A stretch of DNA of 64,000 nucleotides, taken from contig OY968825.1 in NCBI GenBank assembly GCA_963696185.1, positions 1,244,412 through 1,308,411 on the forward strand. Direction: 5' to 3'. A program made the position numbers and the translations under genes. Origin of the DNA: an uncultured Solirubrobacterales bacterium. GTDB lineage: Bacteria > Actinomycetota > Thermoleophilia > Solirubrobacterales > 70-9. Positions within the stretch are counted from its first letter, which is position 1, and each line of letters opens with the position of its first letter. This document shows positions 1 through 9,746 of the stretch, piece after piece. The notes beneath the pieces are model-generated. The model ran no database searches and was not told the DNA's origin. It saw nothing but the letters and a program-made list of their open reading frames with translations.

Positions 1-164
1 ATGTTGCGGAACTCGAAGGCCGGGTCGCGGATGTGCTCGATGTTCTGCAGCGAGCCGGTCTCCAGGTTGTCCACGCAGACCACCCGGTGCCCCTGGCCGA
101 GCAGGTGCTCGCATAGGTGCGAGCCGAGGAAGCCGGCTCCGCCGGTGACTACGCAGGTGCTCAT
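1..164 (-). CDS. NAD-dependent epimerase/dehydratase (UDP-glucuronate decarboxylase-like); N-terminal ~54 codons only, gene runs off the left edge
   Basis: My reverse translation from ATG (complement of 162-164): [54 protein letters not shown]. It carries a Rossmann GxxGxxG motif ([10 protein letters not shown]). Too short to appear in the ORF track. Confidence 0.75.
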   Translation of the reverse strand, partial: MSTCVVTGGAGFLGSHLCEHLLGQGHRVVCVDNLETGSLQNIEHIRDPAFEFRN

Positions 165-340
165 CGATTCGATCCTACAGCCGCCCGCCAGGCCCCGTCC
201 GCGCCAGGCGATCGCTGCAATTTCCGTGCTTTTCGCCCGATCACCCGTCCAGGCGGGGGGAGAGACGGCCCCCGTCCCCGCCTTGGCTTGGCATGTTTGG
301 AACACAGAGCTGAACCGGTGCATGGGGGAACAGCGGACGC

Positions 341-1639
341 GTGGGCCTGACAAGAGAGGAGCCGGCAAGGGGGGCGGCGCGGCGGAGCGAGGCGGAGCGG
401 CGCCCTGACCGAGGCGAGGCGGCGCGCAAGCGGGCCGCCGTCGAGATGATCGCCAACCACGAGCAGGTCCTGCGACAGACGGCGCGGCGCTACTCGCTCT
501 GCGCGGACGACGCCGAGGACGCCTACCAGCGCACGCTGGAGATCATCCTCACCAAAGCGCCGACGGGCCAGGTGCGCAAGCTGATCGCCTGGGCCCAGAC
601 GGTGACCAAGCACGAGGCCCTGGCGATAAGGCGCGAGCGCGAGCGGCTGCTGGGGGTGGGGGCGCCCGCCGGGGCGGGTGCGGGCCCCGCCGTCGACTGG
701 GTGGCGCTGATCCCCGCCGGCGGCGACAGTCCGGACGAGCAGGCGGAGCGGCGGGAGGCGGTCGCGCGCAGCCGCGAGGCGCTCCAGGCCCTGAAGCCCG
801 CCGAGCTGCGGGCCCTGACCCTGCTGGGCGAGGGCTACTCCTACGCGGAGATCGGCGAGCTGACCGGCTTCAGCCATACCAAGATAAATCGCTGCCTGGC
901 GGAGGGGCGGGAGCGGTTCCGCAGGCTGCTGTCGCGCAGCGAGGACGGCAGCCGCTGCGAGGAGATGCGCCCGATGCTCTCGGCCTTCTGCGACGGGGAG
1001 GCGGGAGCCAGCGAGGTCGCGGCGCTGCGCGAGCACCTGCGGGCCTGCGCGAGCTGCCGGGCGACGCTGCGCGCCTACCGGGCGACCCCGGGGGCCGTGG
1101 CGGTGCTGGCACCGGGGCTCTCCCTCTGGGGCTCGTTGCTGAAGCAGATCCACGAAACGCTCTCCGGCCTCCATGCGCGGTTGCCGGGTGGCGGCGGTAC
1201 GGCCGGCGGCTCGGCCGCGACGCGGGTCGGCGCCGCAGGCGGCACGCCTGGCGCCGGGATGGCGGCGCTGGCCAAGGTGGCCGTCGTCTGCGTCGGCGCC
1301 GGGGGCGCGGCGGTGGCCACGGGGATGGCGCCGCTGCCGGTCGCTGTCGCCCCGGACCGGGCGGTGGCGCCGGCGATCGAGCGGCCGTCGAGCCGGGCGC
1401 TTGGAGGGGAGTCGGCGGGTGCCGGCTCTCGCGAAGCGGCGAAGGCGTCCAGGCCTCGCCCGCGCCCGAAGCCGAAGGCGCCCAGGCCGAAGCCCGAGGC
1501 CCCGGCCCCCGCCCCGAGCCTCGCCGAAGCCGGCGCGACCGAATACACGGCGCCGTCCCCGCCGCCCGCCCCGCCTACCGCCGGCGGCGAACCGGCGAGC
1601 CCGCCGAGCGGCGGCGCCGCCGGGGAGTTCGGGCCGTGA
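341..1639 (+). CDS. ECF-type sigma-70 factor fused to a zf-HC2 (ZAS-like) anti-sigma segment, one TM helix and a Pro/Lys/Ala-rich tail
   Basis: ORF 341..1639 (GTG start; alternative ATG at 446). Region-2-like [14 protein letters not shown] and [17 protein letters not shown]. Region-4 [49 protein letters not shown]. Then [15 protein letters not shown]...[13 protein letters not shown] (H-x3-C-x2-C), hydrophobic [24 protein letters not shown], and the tail [21 protein letters not shown]. Confidence 0.8.
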   Translation: MGLTREEPARGAARRSEAERRPDRGEAARKRAAVEMIANHEQVLRQTARRYSLCADDAEDAYQRTLEIILTKAPTGQVRKLIAWAQTVTKHEALAIRRERERLLGVGAPAGAGAGPAVDWVALIPAGGDSPDEQAERREAVARSREALQALKPAELRALTLLGEGYSYAEIGELTGFSHTKINRCLAEGRERFRRLLSRSEDGSRCEEMRPMLSAFCDGEAGASEVAALREHLRACASCRATLRAYRATPGAVAVLAPGLSLWGSLLKQIHETLSGLHARLPGGGGTAGGSAATRVGAAGGTPGAGMAALAKVAVVCVGAGGAAVATGMAPLPVAVAPDRAVAPAIERPSSRALGGESAGAGSREAAKASRPRPRPKPKAPRPKPEAPAPAPSLAEAGATEYTAPSPPPAPPTAGGEPASPPSGGAAGEFGP

Positions 1640-3654
1640 GGGGGCTGAGGTGGGCCTCCTGCGCGGTGGCCTCCTGCGCCGCGCTCGCGGCCGCCTCGTT
1701 CGCGCTCCAGGCGCCGGGCGCCGCCGCGGCGGTCGACCCCGTCTCCTTCCACCCCTACGACCTGCGGGTCTACGAAGGCGAAGAGACGTGGCACGCGAGC
1801 AACGCCTTCTCGCTGCGCTGGACCAACCCCGAAGACCCGAGCAGCCCCTTCGTCTCGCCGGTCGCCGCCGTCCACTACCTGGTCCGCGACCGGTTCGGCA
1901 CGGTGGTGGTCGACGACACGCGGATCCCGGGCTCGCGGGATTGGATCGACCCGCTCACCGTCCCCGACGTTCCCGACAGCTACAGCGCCGAAGTCTGGCT
2001 GGAGGACACCCTGGGCTTCCAAGGGGCCGCAGCAACCGCGAAGCTGCTGTTCGACGACGGGCGGCCGGCGCCGGTGGCGCCCACCCCTCCGACCGAATGG
2101 ATCGACCGCAACGCGATCCCCTACCCGCTGCACGTCGGCCATCCCGCCACGACGCCGATCTCCGGCATCGAGGGCTACGCGATCTCGGTCGACTCGTCTC
2201 CCGAAGGCGAGCCGTGCGCGGCGGCCGACCGCTGCCTCGACTCCGAGCTCGACCTTCGCGGCGGGATCGACGACGACACCCTGCCGCTTCCCGAACTACC
2301 CGAGGGAACCAGCTACGTCCACGCGGTCGCCGTGTCGGGTTCGGGAATGAAGTCGAGCACGACGGGAACGGCGGTCCTGCGCGTCGACAGGACCCTGCCC
2401 GTGACGCGGCTGGCCGGAGCGCCGAGCGGCTGGAGCAACGAGCCGGCGAGCCTCACCGCGACCGCGACGGACGCGCTTTCGGGGATGCAGGCGAGCGGCC
2501 CCAGCGGCCCGTTCACGGCGATCCGCGTCGACGGCGGGGCGCCGACGACCGCGAGCGGCGCCTCGGTGAGCGCCACGGTGATCGGCGAAGGGGTGCACGA
2601 GGTCGCCTACTACGCCCGCGACGCGGCCGGCAACGTCAACGACGGGGGCTACTCCAACGGCCTCCCCAACGAGCCGCCCTCGACCACGGCGGTGCGAATC
2701 GACCGCGAGCCGCCGAGCGTCTCCTTCGTCAACTCACAGGACCCGCGGGAACCCGAGCTGATCGAGGCACGGGTCCTCGACCCGCTCTCCGGCCCGGACC
2801 CGTCGCGAGGCTGGATCGGGGTGCGCCGGGCCGGCTCGGGCGATCGCTTCGAGGCGCTGCCGAGCGAGCCGAACGGTGCCGGCCTTCGGGCCCGCTGGGA
2901 CTCCGACTCCTGGCCGGCGGGCGACTACGAATTCCGGGCGATCGGCTACGACGCGGCGGGCAACGCCGCGACGACGACGCGGCGGGCGAGCGGCGCCGCG
3001 ATGGTCCTCGCCAACCCCCTGAAGACGCCCGCCTCGCTCTCCCGCCGCGGCCCGGCGGAGCGCCTCCTGCCCTACGGTCGCGGCGCCCTGTTCGGCGGGC
3101 GCCTCGTCGCCGGCCTGCGCACGCCGCTGGCGCGGATGCCGGTGCGGATCGTCGAGCGCTTCGACCCCGGCTCGAGCGACCCCGAACGGGTCTCGACCGT
3201 GTGGACCGACGGCGAGGGCTCCTTCGCGGCCCGCCTCGCCCCCGGCCCGAGCCGCGAGGTCACAGCCGTCTTCGCGGGAACGCCGACGCTGAGCCGCGCG
3301 GCCACCCATGCCCTGCGGCTGCGGGTGCGGAGCGGCCTGCGGATGCGGGTCTCCTCGGCCGTGGCGAGGGTCGGCGGGCGGCCGCTGGTGTTCAGCGGCA
3401 GGGCCCGCGCCGCCGGTTGCGCGATCCCGCCGGGCGGCAAGGCGGTACAGCTCCAGTTCCGCCTGCCCGGCCTGCCCTGGAGCGAGTTCCGGACGGTCCA
3501 AACCGACTCGGCGGGCCGCTTCCGCTATGCCTACCGCTTCAGCGACGACGACAGTCGCGGCGCCCGCTTCCGGTTCCGCGCCTTCGCCCCGGCGCAGGGC
3601 GGCTGGCCCTACGAGCCCGGGGGCTCGAGGCCAGTCGCGGTGCGCGGGCGCTGA
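1636..3654 (+). CDS. Secreted multi-domain protein with Ig-like/beta-sandwich repeats, function unknown
   Basis: ORF 1636..3654. Its GTG start overlaps the upstream stop (GTGA). Signal-peptide-like [32 protein letters not shown]. Recurring YYARDAAGN / GYDAAGN motifs typical of bacterial Ig-like folds. No catalytic motif recognised. Confidence 0.7.
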   Translation: MRGLRWASCAVASCAALAAASFALQAPGAAAAVDPVSFHPYDLRVYEGEETWHASNAFSLRWTNPEDPSSPFVSPVAAVHYLVRDRFGTVVVDDTRIPGSRDWIDPLTVPDVPDSYSAEVWLEDTLGFQGAAATAKLLFDDGRPAPVAPTPPTEWIDRNAIPYPLHVGHPATTPISGIEGYAISVDSSPEGEPCAAADRCLDSELDLRGGIDDDTLPLPELPEGTSYVHAVAVSGSGMKSSTTGTAVLRVDRTLPVTRLAGAPSGWSNEPASLTATATDALSGMQASGPSGPFTAIRVDGGAPTTASGASVSATVIGEGVHEVAYYARDAAGNVNDGGYSNGLPNEPPSTTAVRIDREPPSVSFVNSQDPREPELIEARVLDPLSGPDPSRGWIGVRRAGSGDRFEALPSEPNGAGLRARWDSDSWPAGDYEFRAIGYDAAGNAATTTRRASGAAMVLANPLKTPASLSRRGPAERLLPYGRGALFGGRLVAGLRTPLARMPVRIVERFDPGSSDPERVSTVWTDGEGSFAARLAPGPSREVTAVFAGTPTLSRAATHALRLRVRSGLRMRVSSAVARVGGRPLVFSGRARAAGCAIPPGGKAVQLQFRLPGLPWSEFRTVQTDSAGRFRYAYRFSDDDSRGARFRFRAFAPAQGGWPYEPGGSRPVAVRGR

Positions 3655-3663
3655 GCCGGATCG

Positions 3664-4151
3664 TCAGCGGATCGCCGAGAGCTGCTCGCCGACCTGGTCG
3701 ATCAGCTCGTGGGCGCGGGAGGTCTGCGCTTCGATCGCCTTGCGAACGCGCTGCTCGGCTTCGGTGCGGTTGCGCTTCAGCGTCGTCTTGACGGTGCGTT
3801 CGCGCCTGCGCGCCTCGCGCTCGACCCGGCCACGCGCCCGCTTCGCCTCGCTGGTGGCTTTGCGGCGGGCGGTGGCGCCGCGTCGCTCGGTGCGTTTCAC
3901 GGAGCGGCGCAGGCGGGTGCGGTAGGCCTTGAGCTGCCGCTCGGCGCCGGCGCGGCGGCTGAACGGCTCGACCAGCTCGCCGAGCCGATCGCTGACTTCG
4001 AGCAGGGCGCCGACCGGGAAGTCGACGACGCTTTCGGCGACGACCTGGGCCTGGCTCTTCTCGGGGCGCGCGGGCCTGGCGGCCGCTTTCGGCTGCGCTT
4101 TGCCTTTGGCTTTCGTGGTTGGGCTTTTGTGCCTTTGGTCTGCGTTGCCAT
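3664..4151 (-). pseudogene. Hypothetical basic (Lys/Arg-rich) protein, apparent single frameshift near 4110-4120
   Basis: ATG at the complement of 4149-4151 with GGGAG upstream gives MATQTKGTKAQP. The sensible continuation TTKAKGKAQPKAAARPARPEKSQAQVVAESVVDFPVGALLEVSDRLGELVEPFSRRAGAERQLKAYRTRLRRSVKRTERRG... lies in the frame of ORF 3664..3900. Confidence 0.5.
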
Positions 4152-4238
4152 GAGAGGGGGCTCCCTTCGATGAGTTTTGCCTGGCTGGAGACCTATGTTC
4201 CCGAGTCTACCGAACATATGTTCCAGCGAACACACGTT

Positions 4239-5096
4239 CTATGCAATTTGCCGCCTTTCGTTACTCGATCGGTTCGACTGGGCGGCGCGGATCGTGGCCA
4301 GGCTCCGCTCGCCGGCGGCGGCGGCGATCGGGTAGCGCGCCTCGAGGCCGAGGCCGGCCTCGCGCCAGGCGCCAGGTCGCCGAAGGCGACGGTGCCGCCC
4401 GCCTCGCGGACGATCAGCTGGGCCGCGGCGGCGTCGACCGAGCGGCAGGGGCGCAGGCTGAGCATCGCCGTCGAAGCGGCCGGCCGCGACGTAGGACGAC
4501 CGTGATCGCGATCGAGCCGACCACGCGCAGGCGGTAGACGCTGCCCGTCCAGCGCCTCGACGCGCCGGCAGCGTCCGCGCCGGCTCGGCCGACTCGACCC
4601 CGAGCAGCTCCAGCCGCTCGCCGTCGGCGCCGACCCGGATCGGGGCCTCGTCCAGCGTCGCGCCGCCGCCACGCCTGGCGGCGAACTCCTCCCCGGCTCC
4701 GAAGTCGTAGACGTAGGCCGAACTCGACGTCGGCCATCGAGGGGCCGGAGGCGACCGCGATGCTGAGGCTGTGGGAGGGAACGGTGCGGCGGGCGTTGAG
4801 CGAGCCGTCGATCGGGTCGATCACGACCCGCGCCGGCCCGCCCGCGCCGAAGCCGACCTCGCCCCGCTCCTCGGAGATCGGCAGGAACGAGGCGCCCGCC
4901 GCGGCCAGCCCGTCCAGCTCGGCGAAGACCGCGTCCTCGCAGCGGCGGTCGATCGCGAGGGTGCGGTCGCCGCCCTCGCCGATCCCCTCGTAGACGCGTG
5001 CGCGCCTCGATCCCCGGCACCTCGTCGAAGATCCGCTCGCTGCGCCGCCACGACGCGGCGGCAGATTCCCAGCCAGTCCGCGGAGAGAACGTCCAT
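4239..5096 (-). pseudogene. Inositol monophosphatase family (SuhB/IMPase-like) protein, several apparent frameshifts
   Basis: Stitched from ORFs 4821..5294 (MDVLSADWLGICRRVVAAQRA), 4414..4824 (IDPIDGSLNARR; DPxDG motif) and 4193..5884 (VDAAAAQLIVREAGGTVAFGDL). My translation of the end gives EAGLGLEARYPIAAAAGERSLATIRAAQSNRSSNERRQIA* with the stop at 4239-4241. Confidence 0.75.
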
Positions 5097-5158
5097 CGAA
5101 CGGATGCTATGTCGCGGTAGCGTTGGACGATGCAGCCTGACGCGAGGCGCAGGAGCGA

Positions 5159-8086
5159 GTGGCCGGGCATGGCGAGGGCCCGCTGCTCGTGCTGGGCGAG
5201 GCCGGGACCGGCAAGACCGAGGCGCTGGCGCGGCGCTTCGTCGCGGCGGGGTCGGCCCGGAGCGGGTGCTGGTCCTCGCCTCCACCCGGGCCACCGCGAC
5301 GGCGGCTGCGCGAGCGGGTCGAGGCGCTGCTCGACCGCCCCTACGAGGAGCTCTGGATCGGCACCTGGGAGACGCTCGGCGAGCGGCTGCTGCGCGAGCA
5401 CTCCGAGGCGGCCGGGCTCGACCCCTTCTTCGACGTCCTCGGCCCGGCGGAGCGGCTGGCGATGCTGCTCGACCGGCTCGACGAGCTGCCGCTGCGCCGC
5501 CACGAGATCCGCGGCAACCCGGCCGGCCTGCTGGCCCGGCTGCTGGAGCGGATCGACGCGCTGAAGGCCGAAGCGGTCGGCCCCGAGGCGATCGCCGCGC
5601 GCGCCCGCGAGCGCGGAGACGCGGCGGGCGGAGACGCGGCTGTCCTCGAGGAGGCGCACCGCGAGCACGAGTTCGCGGAGCTCTTCGCCGCGCACGACCG
5701 CATCCTCGCCGACGCCGGCAGCCTCGACCGCGGCGACCTCTTCCTCGCCCTCAACATGCCTGCTAGCCGACCGCCCCGACGTCCGCCGCGAGATCGCCAC
5801 CCGCTTCCCCACCTGATGGTCGACGAGCTGGAGGACACCACCCCGGCCCAGCGATCCATCCTCGCGGCGCTGGCGCAAGAGCAACCCGAACCACTCTACG
5901 CGCTGGAGGACGCAGCGAGCCGAGCGCCCTCCCGCGGCCTACCGCATGATCCTCTCCGTCCACCCCGACGGCGACGTCGTCGTCCTGCGAGCGAGCAGTT
6001 CCGCGACCCCCCAGTCCGCTTCTGGCGCTGCGCCAACGAGCGGGCGCAGGCGCAGGCGGTGGCGCGGGAGGCCGAGCACCTGCTGGCGACGGGAACCGAG
6101 CCGGATGCGATCTGCGTCCTGATCGACGAGCCGGCGGCGCGGGGCGGGCCGGTCGCGGCGGCGATGGAGGAGCGCGGCATCCCCTTCCACCTCTCCGGCC
6201 CGGCGCCCTCTTCCAGCGGCCCGAGGTGCGCGACGCGATCGCCTGGCTGCGGGTGCTCGCCGACCCGGCCGACTCGGCCGCCGCGGCGCGCGCCCTGACC
6301 CGGCCGCCGGTCGAGCTGCGCTCGGCCGACCTGGCGCGGCTGACGACGATCGCCCGGCGCCGCAAGCTCGACATGGTCTCCGCCTGCGAGGCGGCGCTCG
6401 AGAGCCCCCAGATCCCGCCCGAGGCGCGCGAGCGGATCCAGTCCTTCCTGAAGCTCTACGGCAGCCGCCTCGGCGGCGATGGAGGAGCGGCGCGCCGACG
6501 TCTTCGTGCGGCGGCTGATCGAGCGGGTCGGGCTGCGCCGCCAGCGGCTCTTCGCCGCGCAGCCCGAGGTGGCGGAGCGGCTGCTGGGGCTCTCGCGCCT
6601 GGCCGAGCTGGCCGCCGTCTGGGCGCGGCGCGAGCCGCACGGCTCGACCCGCGACTTCGTCCGCTACCTGAGCGCCGTCGCCGAGGCCGGGGTCGAGCCG
6701 GCCGGCGGCGAGGAGCCGCCGGCGCCGGGGGCCGTGCGGGGCCTGGGCCGCGACGCGGCCAAGGGCATCGGAGTTCGACCACGTCTTCGTGCTCGGGCTG
6801 GAGCGGGGCGCGGACGCCGAGCGGATCGGGCGGCCCGCCCGCGCCGGGCTCGTCCTCTCCCGGGTCGAGCGCGAGGGCGGCGGCGCGGCCCCTCCCTCGC
6901 CCTACTACGAGGAGGCGCTGCGGCGCGCCGAGGGCGAGGAGGAGGCCCACGGGGAGGAGCTGTTCGGGCCGGCCGAGGGACTGCACGCGACCTACCGGCA
7001 TGCTGCGCGAGGAGGTGCTGGAGGCGTCCTGGAAAGCGGGGCGGGAGCTGTCGGAGCCGCGCCTCGACACCGCGGTCGACGTCAACCGGGCGATCGCCCG
7101 CTACCTGGAGCTGCTGAAGCTGGCGGCGCTCGCCCAGCGGCCCGGGGACGAGGCGACGGCGGAGGCGGTCGAGGCGGTCAACGGGCTGCTGCGCCAGGTC
7201 GCGACGCCCGAGCAGCAGGCCGAGCTGGACGCCTCCTCGCTCGACTCCTACCTGCTCGAGCTCCGAGCAGCGAGCGCGAGGGCCGCCGCGCGGCTGATCG
7301 CCGCCCGCCACGAGCCCTCGCTGGAGGCGCTTCCTGCCGCGCCGCGGCGACGGGCGCGCTCAGCCTCTCGGCCTCCGACCTCGACCTCTACCTGACCTGC
7401 CCGCTGAAGTACAAGTTCGCGCGGGTCTTCGGCATCCCGCAGGAGCCGACGATCAACCAGCGCTTCGGCATCCTCATCCACAACGTCCTCGAGCGCTTCC
7501 ACCGGGAGGGCGGGGAGCAGACCGGCGAGGAGGGGCTGCCGCGCCTCATGCGCCTCTTCGAGGCGGGCTGGCGGCGCTCCGGCTTCGGCTGCCAGCGACG
7601 ACGAGCTCCAGTTCCGCGACCGCGGCGCGGGAGGCGATGCGGCTCTACTGGGAGCGCGAGCGCGACTCCGAGGGCGGAGCCGGTCTGGCTGGAGCGGAAG
7701 TTCGACATCCAGGATCGGCGAGCACCACGTGCGCGGCCGGGTCGACCGGGTCGACCGGCTGCCCGGCGGCGGCCACGAGCTGATCGACTACAAGACCGGC
7801 GAGCGCAAGAGCGAGGCCGACCTGGAGAGCGACCTGCAGCTCGCCCTCTACCGGCTCGCCGCCCGCGAGGCCTGGGACCTCGAGGCCGGCACGGGCAGCT
7901 ACTACTACGTGCTCGACGGCGACAAGGTCGCCGCGCCGGTCCAAGCCCGACGACGCCGAGCGGGTCGAGCGGACGGTGCTCGAGGTCGGCGAGGGCGTGC
8001 TCGGCCAGGACTTCGAGCCGCGCCCCTCGCCCACGGTCTGCGGCTGGTGCGACTACCGGCTGATCTGCCCGGCGGCGGAGAGCTGA
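5159..8086 (+). pseudogene. UvrD/Rep-family helicase fused to a C-terminal RecB-family PD-(D/E)XK nuclease with Cys cluster (AddA/AdnB-like), many apparent frameshifts
   Basis: Stitched from ORFs 5159..6298 (Walker A GEAGTGKT), 4771..5766 (GPERVLVLASTRATATA), 6226..7395, 6479..7117, 6789..8063 (DLDLYLTCPLKYKFARVFGIPQEP...IHNVLERFH) and 7729..8259 (GRVDRVDRLPGGGHELIDYKTGE). The end reads CGWCDYRLICPAAES* with the stop at 8084-8086. A possible upstream ATG at 5130 is in another frame. Confidence 0.8.
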
Positions 8087-8089
8087 CCG

Positions 8090-8956
8090 TCAGCCGCCGT
8101 GCTGGCGTAGGAAGCTTCTGGAACTCGCGGGCGATCGTGTCGGCGGAGGGCAGCTCCTCTGCCCTCGCCGAGCTGCTCGGCCTGCTCGGCCTCGATCCGC
8201 TCGACCAGCTCCTGATCTCGGGGTTGGCGGCGACCGCGCGGCCGATCTGCTCCTCGTAGCTCGCGGCTTCCTCCTCCAGCTCGGTGGCGTCGACGGCGAT
8301 CCCGGTGAGGCCCTCGAGGCGGCGCAGCAGCGCCAGCGCCGCCTTCGGGTTGGGGACCGCGGCGACGTAGTGCGGCACCGCCGCCCACAGCGAGGCGGAG
8401 CTCATCCCGACCTGGCGGCAGCAGTCGTGGAGGACGCCGACGATCCCGGTCGGCCCCTCGTAGCTGGAGCGCTCCAGGTCCAGCTCCTCGACCAGCTCGC
8501 TCATCCGAGGCGAGGCCGGTGATCGGCACCGGCAGGGTGTGCGAGACCTCGGCGATCAGCGCGCCCAGCGTGATCACCATCTCGACCCCGAGCGCGTCGG
8601 CGGCCGTCGCGATCGTCTCCGAGAAGGTCCGCCAGCGCAGGTTCGGCTCGGTGCCGTCGAGCAGCACGAGATCGCGGTCGGCGGCCGGCAGGCGCGGCCG
8701 GCGATCAGGTCGTTCTGCGGCCACTCGATGCGGCGAGCCTGGCCCTCGCTGAGCGTGATCGTCGGCCGGGTCGCCTGGAAGTCGAAGTAGTCCTCCGGGT
8801 CGACCCGGGCGATCAGCTCGGCGTCGAGCGCCGTCGGCGACCGTCTGCCAGCGCGGTCGAGGCCGCGGCGGCGGCGTCGTTCCAGCCGCGGAACGCGCAG
8901 ACGAGGATCGGCGAGCGCAGCTGCGGAACGTCGCCTTCCCAGCTGAGGGAGTCCAC
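8090..8956 (-). pseudogene. PAC2 (proteasome assembly chaperone 2-like) family protein, several apparent frameshifts
   Basis: My translation from GTG at the complement of 8954-8956: VDSLSWEGDVPQLRSPILVCAFRGWNDAAAAAS. Continued in ORFs 8574..9362 (VDPEDYFDFQATRPTITLSEGQARRIEWPQN), 8053..8958 (DLVLLDGTEPNLRWRTFSETIATAADALGVEMVITLGAL) and 7905..8504 (SYEGPTGIVGVLHDCCRQVGMSSASLWAAVPHYVAAVPNPKAALALL). Confidence 0.75.
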
Positions 8957-8982
8957 ACTCCGAGACTACCGACGGCAGCAAT

Positions 8983-8998
8983 GTGAATCGGGATTCAC
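8983..8998. promoter_or_regulatory. Candidate operator: 7+7 inverted repeat GTGAATC-GG-GATTCAC in the divergent PAC2 / ABC-transporter promoter region
   Basis: Read directly from the sequence. It is an AT-richer palindrome 14 nt upstream of the GTG start at 9012. A TetR-family regulator gene closes the same ABC operon at 12261..12890. Confidence 0.35.
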
Positions 8999-9011
8999 TA
9001 TCCTGCCGGCC

Positions 9012-9746
9012 GTGCTCGAGCTGCGCCAGGTCGGCAAGTCCTACCCGCTCGGCGGGGACACGGCCGAGGTACTTCACGACGTCTCGATGGAGATCCGCCC
9101 GGGCAGGCTGGTGGCGATCGTCGGCCCGTCGGGAAGCGGCAAGAGCACCCTGTTGAACCTGATCGGGACGCTGGACACGCCGAGCTGTGGCGAGTTGCTG
9201 TTCGACGGGCGTGACGTCGGCAACCTCTCCCCGGCCGCGCGGGCAAGCTTCCGGGCGGCCAACCTCGGCTTCGTCTTCCAGTTCTTCAACCTGCTCCCCG
9301 GCCTGACCGCTCGCCAGAACGTCGAGCTGGCCGCCGCGATCGCCGGCCGGGACGGGCGCCACTCGCGCCGGCGCGCGGCGGAGCTGCTGGAGCAGGTCGG
9401 CCTCGACGGCAAGGTCGACGCGCCAGCCCGCAACCTCAGCGGCGGCCAGATGCAGCGCGTCGCGATCGCCCGGGCGCTGGTCAACGAGCCGCGGCTAATC
9501 CTCGCCGACGAGCCGACCGGGAACCTCGACCAGCGCAACGCGACGCAGATCCTCGAGCTGCTGCGCGAGCAGGCGGCCGGAGAGCGGGCCGTGGCAATCG
9601 TCACGCACGACCACGGGCTCGCCGAGCGCTTCGCCGACGAGATCGTCTCGCTGGTGGACGGCCGCGTCCTCGAGATCGCGGCAACCGGCCGGGACGAGCC
9701 CCGGCAACGACTCCTGAACGGGCTGAGGGCGCTGACGAGGAGATGA
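9012..9746 (+). CDS. ABC transporter ATP-binding protein (MacB/LolD/FtsE-like)
   Basis: ORF 9012..9746. Walker A GPSGSGKST, signature LSGGQMQRVAIARAL, Walker B LILADEPTGNLD, H-loop VTHD. Confidence 0.9.
   Translation: MLELRQVGKSYPLGGDTAEVLHDVSMEIRPGRLVAIVGPSGSGKSTLLNLIGTLDTPSCGELLFDGRDVGNLSPAARASFRAANLGFVFQFFNLLPGLTARQNVELAAAIAGRDGRHSRRRAAELLEQVGLDGKVDAPARNLSGGQMQRVAIARALVNEPRLILADEPTGNLDQRNATQILELLREQAAGERAVAIVTHDHGLAERFADEIVSLVDGRVLEIAATGRDEPRQRLLNGLRALTRR

Noticed and set aside
299-331. Two GGAAC motifs (299-303 and 327-331) upstream of the ECF sigma gene, as a possible autoregulated ECF promoter.
   Set aside because: No convincing -10 element (CGT-type) lies at a 16-17 nt spacing from either motif. 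GGAAC alone is too short to be meaningful.
1173-3791. Very long alternative-frame or antisense ORFs rich in Arg/Pro/Gly/Ala. Examples: 1173..3791 (872 aa), 161..1174, 4193..5884, 9074..10231, 31232..33496, 34366..36714 (apart from the ALDH piece it contains), 43762..45657.
   Set aside because: High-GC DNA rarely contains stop codons in off-frames. These translations are low-complexity (RRRPRPGR-type) and overlap ORFs with clear family motifs and normal composition. I treat them as shadow ORFs.
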